A stretch of DNA of 35,531 nt from a bacterium (GTDB lineage: Bacteria; Zixibacteria; MSB-5A5; GN15; FEB-12), in the NCBI GenBank assembly GCA_043811375.1, contig JBDRNJ010000030.1:1-35531 (forward strand), in the 5' to 3' direction. Within the stretch, counting starts at the first letter, position 1. Every line of letters starts with the position of its first letter. The notes below the pieces were generated by a model, which was not told the origin of the DNA, did not search any database, and was given only the letters and a program-made list of their open reading frames with translations. A program made the position numbers and the translations under genes. Below are positions 15,947 through 25,531 of this stretch, in pieces.

Positions 15947-16480
15947 TCACTGTCGCGCCAGGTCGATTCCCTCGTGCATGGCTTTCAGGTTCAATTCGTC
16001 GGTGCCTTTGGGGACGCTCTGGGAGATGGCTTGCTCCAGTGCCTCCATAGCCACTATGTTCAGCAGCGTGTTCAGGTAGCCCAGCATTACCATGTTGGCA
16101 ACAATCTTGTGACCGAATTTCTTGTGAGCTATGTCAGTGGCGGCGATGCCGCATTTCTTTATGTCCGGTGGATCAAGGTTGTCGTCTGTAACCACCAGGT
16201 CGGTGTCATAGATTAATGTTCCGCCCGGTTTCAGCGAACCGATGAATTTCTCATAGCCGGGTTGAGTCATCGCCACCAGCACGTCGTGTTGGTGGGGTTC
16301 CAGTTCGTAGATGTCATCCTCGGAGATGATTACATCGCCCCGGCATTCGCCGCCGCGCGACTCACTGCCGTAAGACTGGTTCTGAATCGCCTTTTTGCCG
16401 TCAAGAACAGCGGCTTGACCCATGATATAACTGGAGAGGACTATCCCCTGACCGCCAAAGCCGACAAAGCGAATGATCAC
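15947..16480 (-). CDS. korC: 2-oxoacid:ferredoxin oxidoreductase gamma subunit
   Basis: Start reassigned to GTG 16480 (GTGA overlap with beta). IRFVGFGGQG, QSYGSESRGG, ANMVMLG. Confidence 0.85.
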   Translation of the reverse strand: MIIRFVGFGGQGIVLSSYIMGQAAVLDGKKAIQNQSYGSESRGGECRGDVIISEDDIYELEPHQHDVLVAMTQPGYEKFIGSLKPGGTLIYDTDLVVTDDNLDPPDIKKCGIAATDIAHKKFGHKIVANMVMLGYLNTLLNIVAMEALEQAISQSVPKGTDELNLKAMHEGIDLARQ

Positions 16481-17325
16481 TTTGCTTCCTCCCTGCTCAG
16501 GAGAGCGACCTGTTCGCGGGTGATTTCGTGCAGTTGCGTGACGTACTCGGGACGGTCCACGTCGCACAACGTGCCGACCACGATCTTGTCCCGAAGCTCC
16601 TGCTCGGACATCGTCTGAGCCTTCTTAATACGGACAGAGTCTTTCTTGAATCTCTTAAGAAAATCCACCCCGGTTCTCAGACCGATGCGGCGGCCGTAGT
16701 TTTCCGGACACTGCGAGACGATCTCAATGAAACTGAATCCTTTTTTGGTCAGGGCATTCTGCATGGATTTCTGCAACTGGAACACGTGGTAAGTTGTCCA
16801 GCGGGAAACGTAAGAGGCTCCGGCGGCAAGCACCAGGTCGGCGACTTTGAAGGGGGGTTCGATATTTTTATGCGGTGTGGTGGAGGTTACAATGCCCACC
16901 GGTGTGGTGGGCGCCACCTGACCGCCGGTCATGCCGTAAATCATGTTGTTCACCATAAAGACGGTCAGATCGATGTTGCGCCGGGCGGCGTGGATAAGAT
17001 GATTGCCGCCGATACCGGCAATATCGCCATCACCGGCTATAACCACCACCTTCAGGTCGGGACGCATGACCTTCACGCCGGTGGCGAACGCTATCGGACG
17101 GCCATGGGTGGTGTGCAGCGTGTCGGCTTTGAAGTAAGGGCTGGGTATCCAGGCGGAACAGCCGATCCCGGAGACGCAGACCATGCGGGCAGTGTCCAGG
17201 TCCAGGTCGGCGACCGCATTGGTGAAGACATTCAGCACCGTGCCGCAGCCGCAACCGACACAGAAGCGATGGGGCATGATCTCTTCCCGCACGTAGTCCA
17301 TCAGTGGGTGTCGGGGTTCAGCCAT
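16477..17325 (-). CDS. korB: 2-oxoacid:ferredoxin oxidoreductase beta (TPP-binding) subunit
   Basis: Start reassigned to ATG 17325 (GGAGG SD, TGATG overlap). FCVGCG, SGIGCS, HTTHGR, GDGD..GIGGNH, YGMTGGQ.APTTP, SQCP. Confidence 0.87.
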   Translation of the reverse strand: MAEPRHPLMDYVREEIMPHRFCVGCGCGTVLNVFTNAVADLDLDTARMVCVSGIGCSAWIPSPYFKADTLHTTHGRPIAFATGVKVMRPDLKVVVIAGDGDIAGIGGNHLIHAARRNIDLTVFMVNNMIYGMTGGQVAPTTPVGIVTSTTPHKNIEPPFKVADLVLAAGASYVSRWTTYHVFQLQKSMQNALTKKGFSFIEIVSQCPENYGRRIGLRTGVDFLKRFKKDSVRIKKAQTMSEQELRDKIVVGTLCDVDRPEYVTQLHEITREQVALLSREEAK

Positions 17326-18488
17326 CAGATCGCCTCCATAATAGCCTGGTGTATCTCGTCGACCGAGTGGGCGACACCGCCGATTTTCGATACCGGGACG
17401 ACGGGACAAGCGGCGAACCTCTCGATCTCTCGCGACATCTGGCCCAGGTTCATCTCCGGCACCAGGATGACATCCAGATTCTCGGCGAACTGTTTCACCT
17501 GTTTCCGGGCGAAAGGCCATATCGTTACCAGTCTCAGGAAATCCACATCGGCACCTGCCGCCCGCGCCTGTTTGACGGCGCCGTGAGCCGGCCGGGCGGT
17601 GGCCCCGTACGATATGACACCCACCCGGGCATTCCCGTTGTCGTTGATATCAGTCTCGACACGTACGATATTCTCCCGGTTCTCATTGATCTTTCGGCAG
17701 AGACGTCGGATGAGTGTATCATGTACCTGCGCCGTCGATACATCCCGCATACCGTTGGGCAGGTGTGTCGAACCGGTTACGTGGATGTTGTGTCCCTCGC
17801 CATAATGAATCATGCCCGGCACCAGTTCCGGACCGCCGAATATATCTTCTCCGGGGCCGGCAATCTTCCTTGAGGCGTGTTTGATCGATGACAGCTCCGG
17901 CATGACAACGCTCTCTCTTATGTGGCCGATCTCACCATCCATCAGCAGAATCACCGGAGTTCGATAGATGTCGGCCAGGTCGAAACAATCCTGCATCAGG
18001 TCGAAGCATTCCTGGACGGAATGGGGAGCCAGGGCGATAATGTCATGGTCTCCATGGGTGCCCCAACGGGCCTGGAGCACATCTCCCTGGGCCGGTTTGG
18101 TGGCCTGACCGGTGGAGGGTCCGGATCGCTGGACGTTGACAATCACACAGGGGGTTTCGGTCATTATGGCATAGCCGATATTCTCCTGCATGAGGGAAAA
18201 CCCGGGACCACTGGTAGCCGTCATGGTGCGAGCGCCGGTCCAGGAGGCGCCGACGATAGCCGCCATGCTGGCCAGTTCATCCTCCATCTGGATACAGATG
18301 CCACCCGCCCGTGGTAGTTGGGCCGCCATCAACTCAGCCACTTCGCTGGCCGGTGTTATGGGATAGCCGGCAAAAAAGTCGCAGCCGGCATAAATCGCAC
18401 CGTAGCCGCAGGCCTCGTCTCCAAGTATGAAGAAGGTCCTGCCGCCCAGACGATTGAGGTACTGAGCCCGGTTTTCGTTAATCGCCAT
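17325..18488 (-). CDS. korA: 2-oxoacid:ferredoxin oxidoreductase alpha subunit
   Basis: Start reassigned to ATG 18488. FAGYPITPASE, QMEDE, ATSGPGFSLM, QRSGPSTG, PEMNLGQ. Confidence 0.87.
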   Translation of the reverse strand: MAINENRAQYLNRLGGRTFFILGDEACGYGAIYAGCDFFAGYPITPASEVAELMAAQLPRAGGICIQMEDELASMAAIVGASWTGARTMTATSGPGFSLMQENIGYAIMTETPCVIVNVQRSGPSTGQATKPAQGDVLQARWGTHGDHDIIALAPHSVQECFDLMQDCFDLADIYRTPVILLMDGEIGHIRESVVMPELSSIKHASRKIAGPGEDIFGGPELVPGMIHYGEGHNIHVTGSTHLPNGMRDVSTAQVHDTLIRRLCRKINENRENIVRVETDINDNGNARVGVISYGATARPAHGAVKQARAAGADVDFLRLVTIWPFARKQVKQFAENLDVILVPEMNLGQMSREIERFAACPVVPVSKIGGVAHSVDEIHQAIMEAI

Positions 18489-18756
18489 GACCGGTATCTG
18501 CCTTTGTTCTGCGGCGCTGCCGCTCACTCTTGATGACAATTGCCATCTCCGGGCATAACAGGTCGCAAATGCGACAGTCGGTGCATTCTTCCACCCGGGC
18601 AACTATCGGAACATAATACCCCCGCCGGTTGAGATTGTCCGATTTCTCAAAGACATCCGTGGGGCAGAACTCGATACATATATCGCATCCTTTGCAGAGG
18701 TTGCCGTTGATCTCGACAGACACGACGCCCTTTTTCTGTTGTTTTACCGGGCTCAA
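18478..18756 (-). CDS. korD: 2-oxoacid:ferredoxin oxidoreductase delta (ferredoxin-like) subunit
   Basis: CKGCDICIEFCP and CTDCRICDLLCP; likely start TTG 18756 after GGAG (start uncertain). Confidence 0.82.
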   Translation of the reverse strand: MSPVKQQKKGVVSVEINGNLCKGCDICIEFCPTDVFEKSDNLNRRGYYVPIVARVEECTDCRICDLLCPEMAIVIKSERQRRRTKADTGHGD

Positions 18757-19109
18757 ACAGGCTCCACTATTGTAATCAAGTTCTTTACTTGCACTAAGTT
18801 GCGAAGTCAATCAGCGACCTTGACAACCAACCGGGATGCCCCCACGCCGATCACATCAACTCAGCGCGGTGCATATGGGCTCCAGTATAAGCGACCGCCG
18901 TTGATTATTCAACCTGCTTTTTGATCGAAACCATAATGATTGGAAGCCCGAACCGGTCGGCGATGAGATTGCGATTGATTTCCCGGACCCGAGTAGTTAG
19001 TTTTCAATTTTAGAACCAGGTGGGGAATCCGCTGGTCGCGTTATCGGACCCGGGTGACCCGAGTGAAATCCGGCAGGATAAGTATCATACCCTGTTCTCA
19101 GGAGGAGCA

Positions 19110-20255
19110 ATGGTTTATAATATTGATGAAAGACAGCAGTCGATTCGTGCTCAGGTAAAGGAATTTGCAGAAAAGGAAGTTCTGCCGGTTTGTCTGGAGC
19201 TGGATCGTCGAAAGGAATCGTTCCCGTTTGACTACTATCAGAAGCTGGCAAAAGCCGGGTATCTTGGTTTTGCCATGCCCAAAGAATATGGTGGTGGCGG
19301 CTACTCCAATATCGAATACATTGCTCTTATTGAAGAGCTGACTTACTGGGATGCGCCCACCGGTCTGATGGCGGCCATACCGCAACTGGCCACCTATCCC
19401 ATTTTCACCTACGGCAACGAAGAGCAAAAAAAGAAATATGTGCCCCGGTGCGCATCGGGGGAGATAATACCATCCTTTGTGTTGACCGAGCGCAATGCCG
19501 GCTCCGATGCCTCCAATCAGCAGACGCTGGCGGTTCCCGATGGCGACGATTACGTGATCAACGGTGAGAAGATTTTCATCATGCACGGTGACGTCTGCAA
19601 CCTGGCCACGTTGTTTTGTCGTATCGGTGAGAAAGGCTCGAGTCGCACCAGGCTCTCCTGTATCCTGGTTGAAACCGACACTCCCGGCTGGAAGGCACGA
19701 ACACTCCAGCATAAGATGGGTATGCGAGCTGCCACAACCGGTCATATCATGATTGAAAACGTGAGGGCGCCTAAGGCCAACCAGTTGGGCGAAGTCGGCA
19801 AGGGCTTCAGAATAGCCATGGGTACTCTCGATGGCGCTCGTATCGGTGTCGCCGCCCAGGCAGTCGGTATTGCCCAGCGAGCTCTGGACGAGTCAACCGC
19901 TTATGCCAAAAAGAGGGTCGCATTTGGCGCTCCTATCGCCAAACTCCAGGCTATCCAGTGGATGATTGCCGACATGGCTACCCGCTGCGAGGCGGCTCGC
20001 CTTTTGACATACAAGGCTGCCCAGGTTCAGGACACCGGCGCCAGTTGCAATGTAGAAGCGGCTCAGGCCAAGATGTATGCCTCTGAAGCCGCCAACTTCT
20101 GTGTTGATAAGGCGATGCAGATTCACTCCGGGTACGGGTATATCGGCGAATTTTCGATAATCGAGAAGCTGTACCGGGATCAGCGGGTGACTGAAATCTA
20201 TGAAGGGACCAACGAGGTTCAGCGACTGGTAATCGCCAACGGTCTGTTGCGGTAG
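19110..20255 (+). CDS. Acyl-CoA dehydrogenase (short-chain/butyryl-CoA DH-like; substrate unknown)
   Basis: GGAGGAG SD before ATG 19110. LTE.NAGSD, INGEKIFI, KMGMRA, L..ARIGVAAQAVG, R.AFG.PI...QAIQ, IYEGTNEVQR. Confidence 0.92.
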   Translation: MVYNIDERQQSIRAQVKEFAEKEVLPVCLELDRRKESFPFDYYQKLAKAGYLGFAMPKEYGGGGYSNIEYIALIEELTYWDAPTGLMAAIPQLATYPIFTYGNEEQKKKYVPRCASGEIIPSFVLTERNAGSDASNQQTLAVPDGDDYVINGEKIFIMHGDVCNLATLFCRIGEKGSSRTRLSCILVETDTPGWKARTLQHKMGMRAATTGHIMIENVRAPKANQLGEVGKGFRIAMGTLDGARIGVAAQAVGIAQRALDESTAYAKKRVAFGAPIAKLQAIQWMIADMATRCEAARLLTYKAAQVQDTGASCNVEAAQAKMYASEAANFCVDKAMQIHSGYGYIGEFSIIEKLYRDQRVTEIYEGTNEVQRLVIANGLLR

Positions 20256-20278
20256 ATGTGTTGAGGGACGAGTCCTGC

Positions 20279-20303
20279 CGTCATCCTGAGCGGAGTCGAA
20301 GGA
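20279..20303 (+). repeat. CGTC-type REP-like element
   Basis: CGTCATCCTGAGCGGAGTCGAAGGA, resembling the widespread YGTCATCCTGAGC..AG.CGAAG(G)A extragenic palindrome, just after the ACAD stop. Confidence 0.6.
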
Positions 20304-20388
20304 AGAGCTAAGTGGAAAGGTGACGGCGGCATGAAGGCTATATGTGACGGTCAATATCTTTTACCAATTGTAAATACAGGAGGTAGTG

Positions 20389-22005
20389 ATGCGTGTAGTA
20401 TGCACTAACGGATTGATGTTCGTGTTGACGCTTCTTATGTGCCAGCCGGTTGCGGCTGTCCCTGGCGATACCATAAAATCGTTCGCTACGCCCTTCGATT
20501 GCCCCCAGGGACTTGCCTTTGACGGCGAACACCTCTGGAATGTCGACAGGAAGAGCGACATGGTTTATAAGATTAAACCCGGGGATGGATCGGTGGTTGA
20601 CTCCATTCCGACGCCCGGTTACGTACCGCGCGGACTAACCTGGGACGGCCAATGGTTGTGGTGCGTTGATGGAGATGAAGAGGGATTGATCTTTGCCATT
20701 GACCCGAAAACGGAAATAGTGGAAAGGACGATTTACTGTCCGGTCTCGCGTCCCACCGGCCTTGCCTGGGATGGTAAGTACCTGTGGATTGCCGCTGACC
20801 GAGACGATAAGATCCATCAGATAAGCAGCGAGGATGGCACCACCATTGCCTCAGTGCCGGCCCCGACGTCGCACGCCTGTGGGTTAACATTTGACGGCAC
20901 CTACCTGTGGGTTTCTGACCGGTACCAGGACATGATCTACATGATCACACCTGACAACGGAGATGTTATTGTATGTTTTGACGCTCCCGGTCCACACACC
21001 TGGGGGTTGGCCTGGGACGGTTCGCACTTGTGGAATGTCGACTATCAGACTGACCGAGTCTACATGTTGGTAATTGACGACGAAACGGCTTTCACCCGGC
21101 TGGAGGAGAAAACAGAACAGGTCGAGTTCATCCATCAAGTCAGAAACTATGGCCCGGGTACACTTCAGACACTTAGCGTATATCTCGCCATTCCACGTGA
21201 TATGGACAACCAGGAATTGATAGGAACGATTGCATTCGATCCGGAACCGAAAGAAGTGTTAATCGATAAGTGGGGACAAAAAGTCGCCCATTTTCAGTTT
21301 ATGGATCTTGGCCCGACTCAGTTCACGACCGTGACGATGCTCGCTTCAGCAAAACTATATGAGACCCGCTATTTCGTATTCCCCGACAAAGTCGGCAAGC
21401 TGAGCGACATTCCCAAGTCAATCCTCGGCACATACCTGGTAGATGACACCAAGTTCTCCGTGGAGGATCAGGTTATTCAGGAGGCGGTGAAAGAAGCGGT
21501 TGGTGATGAAACCAATCCCTACTGGATAGGACGAAAGATATTCAACTATGTCATCGACCACATTGAGTACGAGCTGGCCGGCGGCTGGAATATCGCCCCG
21601 GCGGTTCTCGATCGAGGCAATGGTTCCTGCTCCGAGTACAGCTTTGTGTATATTGCCATGTGCCGTGCCGCCGGTTTACCGGCCCGGTATGCCGGTTCGA
21701 TCGCGATTCGGGGCGATGACGCATCGTATGACGATGTATTCCACCGCTGGGTTGAGATCTATCTGCCCAACTATGGCTGGCTGCCGGTCGATCCCTCCCG
21801 GGGCGACTCCAAGTGGCCCTCAACAAGAGCCGACTCGTTTGGCTATCTCAGCAACAAAATACTGATCACGACTGTCGGCGGGGGCGGTTCGGAATACCTG
21901 GCATGGGGTTACAATGCCAATGAACGGTGGACATCGAAAGGCAAGTGCAAAGTAGCAGTGGAGAACATTGCTGAGTGGACACCGATTGAGTCGCCGTCTG
22001 AGTGA
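20389..22005 (+). CDS. Secreted beta-propeller (GLxWDGxxLW repeats) + transglutaminase-like domain protein
   Basis: AGGAGG SD; signal peptide; five GL(A/T)(F/W)DGxxLW repeats; Cys-His-Asp triad motifs GSCSEYS, FHRWVEIY, WLPVDPS. Confidence 0.85.
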   Translation: MRVVCTNGLMFVLTLLMCQPVAAVPGDTIKSFATPFDCPQGLAFDGEHLWNVDRKSDMVYKIKPGDGSVVDSIPTPGYVPRGLTWDGQWLWCVDGDEEGLIFAIDPKTEIVERTIYCPVSRPTGLAWDGKYLWIAADRDDKIHQISSEDGTTIASVPAPTSHACGLTFDGTYLWVSDRYQDMIYMITPDNGDVIVCFDAPGPHTWGLAWDGSHLWNVDYQTDRVYMLVIDDETAFTRLEEKTEQVEFIHQVRNYGPGTLQTLSVYLAIPRDMDNQELIGTIAFDPEPKEVLIDKWGQKVAHFQFMDLGPTQFTTVTMLASAKLYETRYFVFPDKVGKLSDIPKSILGTYLVDDTKFSVEDQVIQEAVKEAVGDETNPYWIGRKIFNYVIDHIEYELAGGWNIAPAVLDRGNGSCSEYSFVYIAMCRAAGLPARYAGSIAIRGDDASYDDVFHRWVEIYLPNYGWLPVDPSRGDSKWPSTRADSFGYLSNKILITTVGGGGSEYLAWGYNANERWTSKGKCKVAVENIAEWTPIESPSE

Positions 22006-22067
22006 TTTGCCTGAGTTGCGAAATTCACTTTACTTAGTGAGGTCAACGACAGTGTGGAGAGGTAACC

Positions 22068-24509
22068 GTGTCCGAGTCTGATAAGAAAAAACCAGACGAC
22101 AGCAAAACTGAGTCTATCCCGGACTTGGTCAGGGACGTTGAGAAAGCGCGAATTAAGCGCATAGGCTCCTTCCGGATCAACCGGACTATTGGCTCCGGTG
22201 GCATGGCTTCGGTCTTTGAAGCGTACGATGAGTCGATGAAACGGACCATCGCGCTCAAGGTACTGCACCCATCGTTAGACTTGATCGGCTCAACTCAAGA
22301 GCGTTTCGCTCGTGAGGCCTGGATTGCCGGGCAGTTGGAACACCCCAATATCATCAAGGTCCACAGCCGAGGAGAGGAAGAGGGCTTCAAGTACCTGGTG
22401 ATGGAAATGGCCGGTGGTGGCTCTCTCTCGGACCAGATCAAGCAGATGCGGAAGGAAATCCCGATCGGCTCCGATGTCAGCGACACCGTCAGCCGGGAGT
22501 ACATGCGTGTCGTATTGCAGAAGTTCATCGAACTGGCTTCTGCTCTGGAGCATATACACTCCAGCGGCTTCATTCACCGCGACATCAAGCCCCACAACAT
22601 CTTGATATCCGGACCTGTGAAGCAGTACAAGTTCTCAGACTTTGGCATTGCCCACTCTGATGATATGACTAAGCTGACGCGGGCGGGGGACTTTATGGGC
22701 ACGGTCAAGTATATGTCTCCGGAGCAGTTGACTGCTCATCGCGCCCGTGTCGACAAGCGGAGTGACATCTATTCCCTCGGTGTGACGTTGTACGAAGCAC
22801 TGACACTGTCTTTGCCATATAAAGGCGACTCCGAAGAGCACTTCATAACAGAGATACTGTCCGGGCACAGTATTCCGGCCTGCCGACTAAACAAGCGTCT
22901 TCCGCGTGATCTGGAGACAGTCCTGATGAAGGCGATGAACCATGACCCGGACGCACGGTATCAAAGCGCCGCGGAGTTTGCCCGTGATCTTCAGGCGGTG
23001 TTGAATGATGAGCCAGTGCAGGCTCAGCGACCGACAGTGTTGACGCGTGCGGGCAAGTATGTCTCCCGTCATCGTCTTCTATTCATCGTCTTGGGAGTCG
23101 TTGTAGTTGTGGGCTCTGGACTTCTGCACTACCGTTCAACGGAGATTCGGAAACGAGAAGCCGCACAACAGGTGTACTCGTCACTGCTGAGAACTCTCGA
23201 GAAAGCGATCCTGACAAAGACTTCACCGTATGAGTTTGAGCCACGGTGGGATGAGTACTCTGAAGTGTTGAAAAGCGAGTTGCTTTCCGGTCGGGCCGAT
23301 TCCGCGACCAGGCTATTCCATATAGCGGAGGACCAGTTCGATTTTTCGGTCAATCGTTTTGCTATTAAGGATCGCGCTCGCCTACACGTTATTCAACACA
23401 ACATTCCCTGTTTTGAAAGCAATGTCATTGGTCCGGATACAGTTGTCGCGTTAGTGACATTCGAGGTGTCCGTCGACAGCTCACCGTTCACACCCGTGAT
23501 GTGGCGTTCTTACGTTTACGGCTATGAATACCCGGGCCATAGGACGACCCGTCCACGGCCGCGAGCAATTGGGGGGGTTCCTCTTAGGGATTTGGTTGAC
23601 ACCGTACATGATGGCGTCCATCACATTGCAGTCCGTCACATTGTTGAACGCCACCACACCACCGATAGTATGAGGCTCCTTTATTATGCAGACACCACTG
23701 CTGATCCCACCGCCAATCAGTCTTTTGGTCCTGCCAACATCATCGATAGTACTGCCGGTTACATCCGGTGGAATTTCTTTCATGATGTTGTGTGTGTTTA
23801 TGATGGCTTGTACGGCGATGCCATTGACCGTATGGATAATAGGACACAGCTGCACTCCCAGCGTTTCAGGAACATAGTCTTTGCAGAGGCTCCTGAGTTT
23901 GCGATGCTGCGACCTTTTGAAGCTGACACAGCGTTGGATACTATCAAAGTCAACCTCTTCACCGATTTCCCGGAAGGATTCCCGATAGCGGTCACATCAC
24001 AAGACATCACGGAGGCAGTTGAGGCTCAGCTTGATTTCCAGAAGGTTTCGATTCAGAAAACCCTTAAAGATGCTGGTGATGACTATAGTTTTGACTTCTT
24101 CAAGGTGACTATAGCCACGCAGCATTTCCCAAAGTACACTGAACTCGAGGTCCCGGTGGCCGCGAGATTTGTTATTGCCGAGGCTAAGTCCGGGATGACA
24201 TTACTCGACGGTACGGTGTGGATAACTGACGACCATCTAACATTGATTGTAGGGGAAGACCCTTTAGGTTTTTGCGGGAGGCCTTATCCGGATAAATCTG
24301 AGATCTACGGTTACACTAGGCGAGGATCAGAGTGTGTGCAGTTTGAGAAACTGCTTTCGGGTGGCTATATAGAAACTGAAGCAGTGTTGACTCTGATTCC
24401 AGATCGGGAAGTTGCTCGATCATCCGGCAACATTGACCGGTACTTAAATGATATCCTTTCATTTGATGTCCTGTTTGTTGTCGACAGCACATGGACCGGT
24501 TCCCCCTAA
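22068..24509 (+). CDS. Hanks-type Ser/Thr protein kinase with TM helix and unknown C-terminal region
   Basis: IGSGGMASV, IALK, HRDIKPHN, DFG, GTVKYMSPE, DIYSLG; hydrophobic LLFIVLGVVVVVG. Confidence 0.92.
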   Translation: MSESDKKKPDDSKTESIPDLVRDVEKARIKRIGSFRINRTIGSGGMASVFEAYDESMKRTIALKVLHPSLDLIGSTQERFAREAWIAGQLEHPNIIKVHSRGEEEGFKYLVMEMAGGGSLSDQIKQMRKEIPIGSDVSDTVSREYMRVVLQKFIELASALEHIHSSGFIHRDIKPHNILISGPVKQYKFSDFGIAHSDDMTKLTRAGDFMGTVKYMSPEQLTAHRARVDKRSDIYSLGVTLYEALTLSLPYKGDSEEHFITEILSGHSIPACRLNKRLPRDLETVLMKAMNHDPDARYQSAAEFARDLQAVLNDEPVQAQRPTVLTRAGKYVSRHRLLFIVLGVVVVVGSGLLHYRSTEIRKREAAQQVYSSLLRTLEKAILTKTSPYEFEPRWDEYSEVLKSELLSGRADSATRLFHIAEDQFDFSVNRFAIKDRARLHVIQHNIPCFESNVIGPDTVVALVTFEVSVDSSPFTPVMWRSYVYGYEYPGHRTTRPRPRAIGGVPLRDLVDTVHDGVHHIAVRHIVERHHTTDSMRLLYYADTTADPTANQSFGPANIIDSTAGYIRWNFFHDVVCVYDGLYGDAIDRMDNRTQLHSQRFRNIVFAEAPEFAMLRPFEADTALDTIKVNLFTDFPEGFPIAVTSQDITEAVEAQLDFQKVSIQKTLKDAGDDYSFDFFKVTIATQHFPKYTELEVPVAARFVIAEAKSGMTLLDGTVWITDDHLTLIVGEDPLGFCGRPYPDKSEIYGYTRRGSECVQFEKLLSGGYIETEAVLTLIPDREVARSSGNIDRYLNDILSFDVLFVVDSTWTGSP

Positions 24510-24550
24510 CCTCTATGTATTGGGTGCCGAGCAACTAGCACACGCCCCCC

Positions 24551-25447
24551 TCACCCGAACGTCACCAGCAGGGCACCGGCAACAGCCAGGACAATCGCCG
24601 CCAGGCGCAGCAGCGTCACCTTCTCTTTCAGCAGCAGGGCGGCAAAAATGAAGATGAAAATGTTGGTGGTCTGGTTCAGGGCTGAGGCGGTTGATACTTG
24701 TGTGTATTTCATACCGGCCAGCCAGATGATCATGGCCAGGTAAGCTCCCATAAACGAACCGCCCAGCGTGTATGCCCAACGTTGCGTTGTGTGAATAGAT
24801 AGCAGTATAGCCCGCCGCGACGGGTGCAGCAACAGCACCACGGCCAGGACGAGCAGTCCTCCGATGAGGCGTATTTCGGTGGCCCAGATGAGTGGCGAGT
24901 GATCCAGTATCGGTTTGATCATAACAATGCCGACAGCCATGGTTAGAATCGCCAGCACACCCCAGAGGATACCCAGCAGGAGGTTTCTTCGACCGGCCGG
25001 ATGGTTCTGCCCTTCTCTTGTCACCGACAGGACCGCCGACAGGATCATAGCCACGCCAAAAATTTGCCACTGGGTAAGCTGGTCTCCCAGCCAGAGCATC
25101 GACAGGCCGATAATTGCCGGGCTGTACAGGCAATCAACTACCGCCACCAGCCCGGCGCCCAGGGTATTGAGAGCTTTGAAAAAGAGGGTGTCGGCAATAC
25201 CGATGCCGAGGGCACCGCTGAGCAGAAGCAACAGATAGTCGCTCGCAGGCGCCGGGCGCAGGAGACTCTCGCCGAACAGCCAGGCGGTCGGAATCAGCAG
25301 AACTGCCGCCAGAGCATTCTTAAAGAGGTTAAGGCCGACCGGGTGCACCACCTCGCCGCTCTTCTTGAACAGAATGACCGCCAGCGCCCAAACGATGGCT
25401 GACAGCAGCGCCATCGCTTCACCGAAATATGTTATCGTACTAACCAT
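24551..25447 (-). CDS. DMT/EamA-family transporter
   Basis: Ten predicted TM helices in two repeats; 'L.E.(L/V)T' motifs at the end of each half. Confidence 0.88.
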   Translation of the reverse strand: MVSTITYFGEAMALLSAIVWALAVILFKKSGEVVHPVGLNLFKNALAAVLLIPTAWLFGESLLRPAPASDYLLLLLSGALGIGIADTLFFKALNTLGAGLVAVVDCLYSPAIIGLSMLWLGDQLTQWQIFGVAMILSAVLSVTREGQNHPAGRRNLLLGILWGVLAILTMAVGIVMIKPILDHSPLIWATEIRLIGGLLVLAVVLLLHPSRRAILLSIHTTQRWAYTLGGSFMGAYLAMIIWLAGMKYTQVSTASALNQTTNIFIFIFAALLLKEKVTLLRLAAIVLAVAGALLVTFG

Positions 25448-25531
25448 AGTTTTGAAGATCGAAGGTACGATGTTTCTGCTGTCGTTTCAAGCGGAGATTG
25501 CAGGTCACAGGTGGAGGTAAACGATGCGGTT

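Noticed and set aside
18948..18960. CCGAACCGGTCGG as another TetR operator between kor and the ACAD gene
   Set aside because: Imperfect palindrome, weak match to the 8185/9784 motif and no clear promoter context.
11434..19109. ORF-track N-terminal extensions of hcrA, korC, korB, korA, korD and the acyl-CoA dehydrogenase
   Set aside because: Extensions overlap upstream genes or lack an SD; downstream starts have SDs or stop/start overlaps and match family N-termini.
19110..20255. Specific call as glutaryl-CoA or cyclohexene-carboxyl-CoA dehydrogenase
   Set aside because: Context is suggestive, but I cannot identify diagnostic residues by eye; needs phylogeny.
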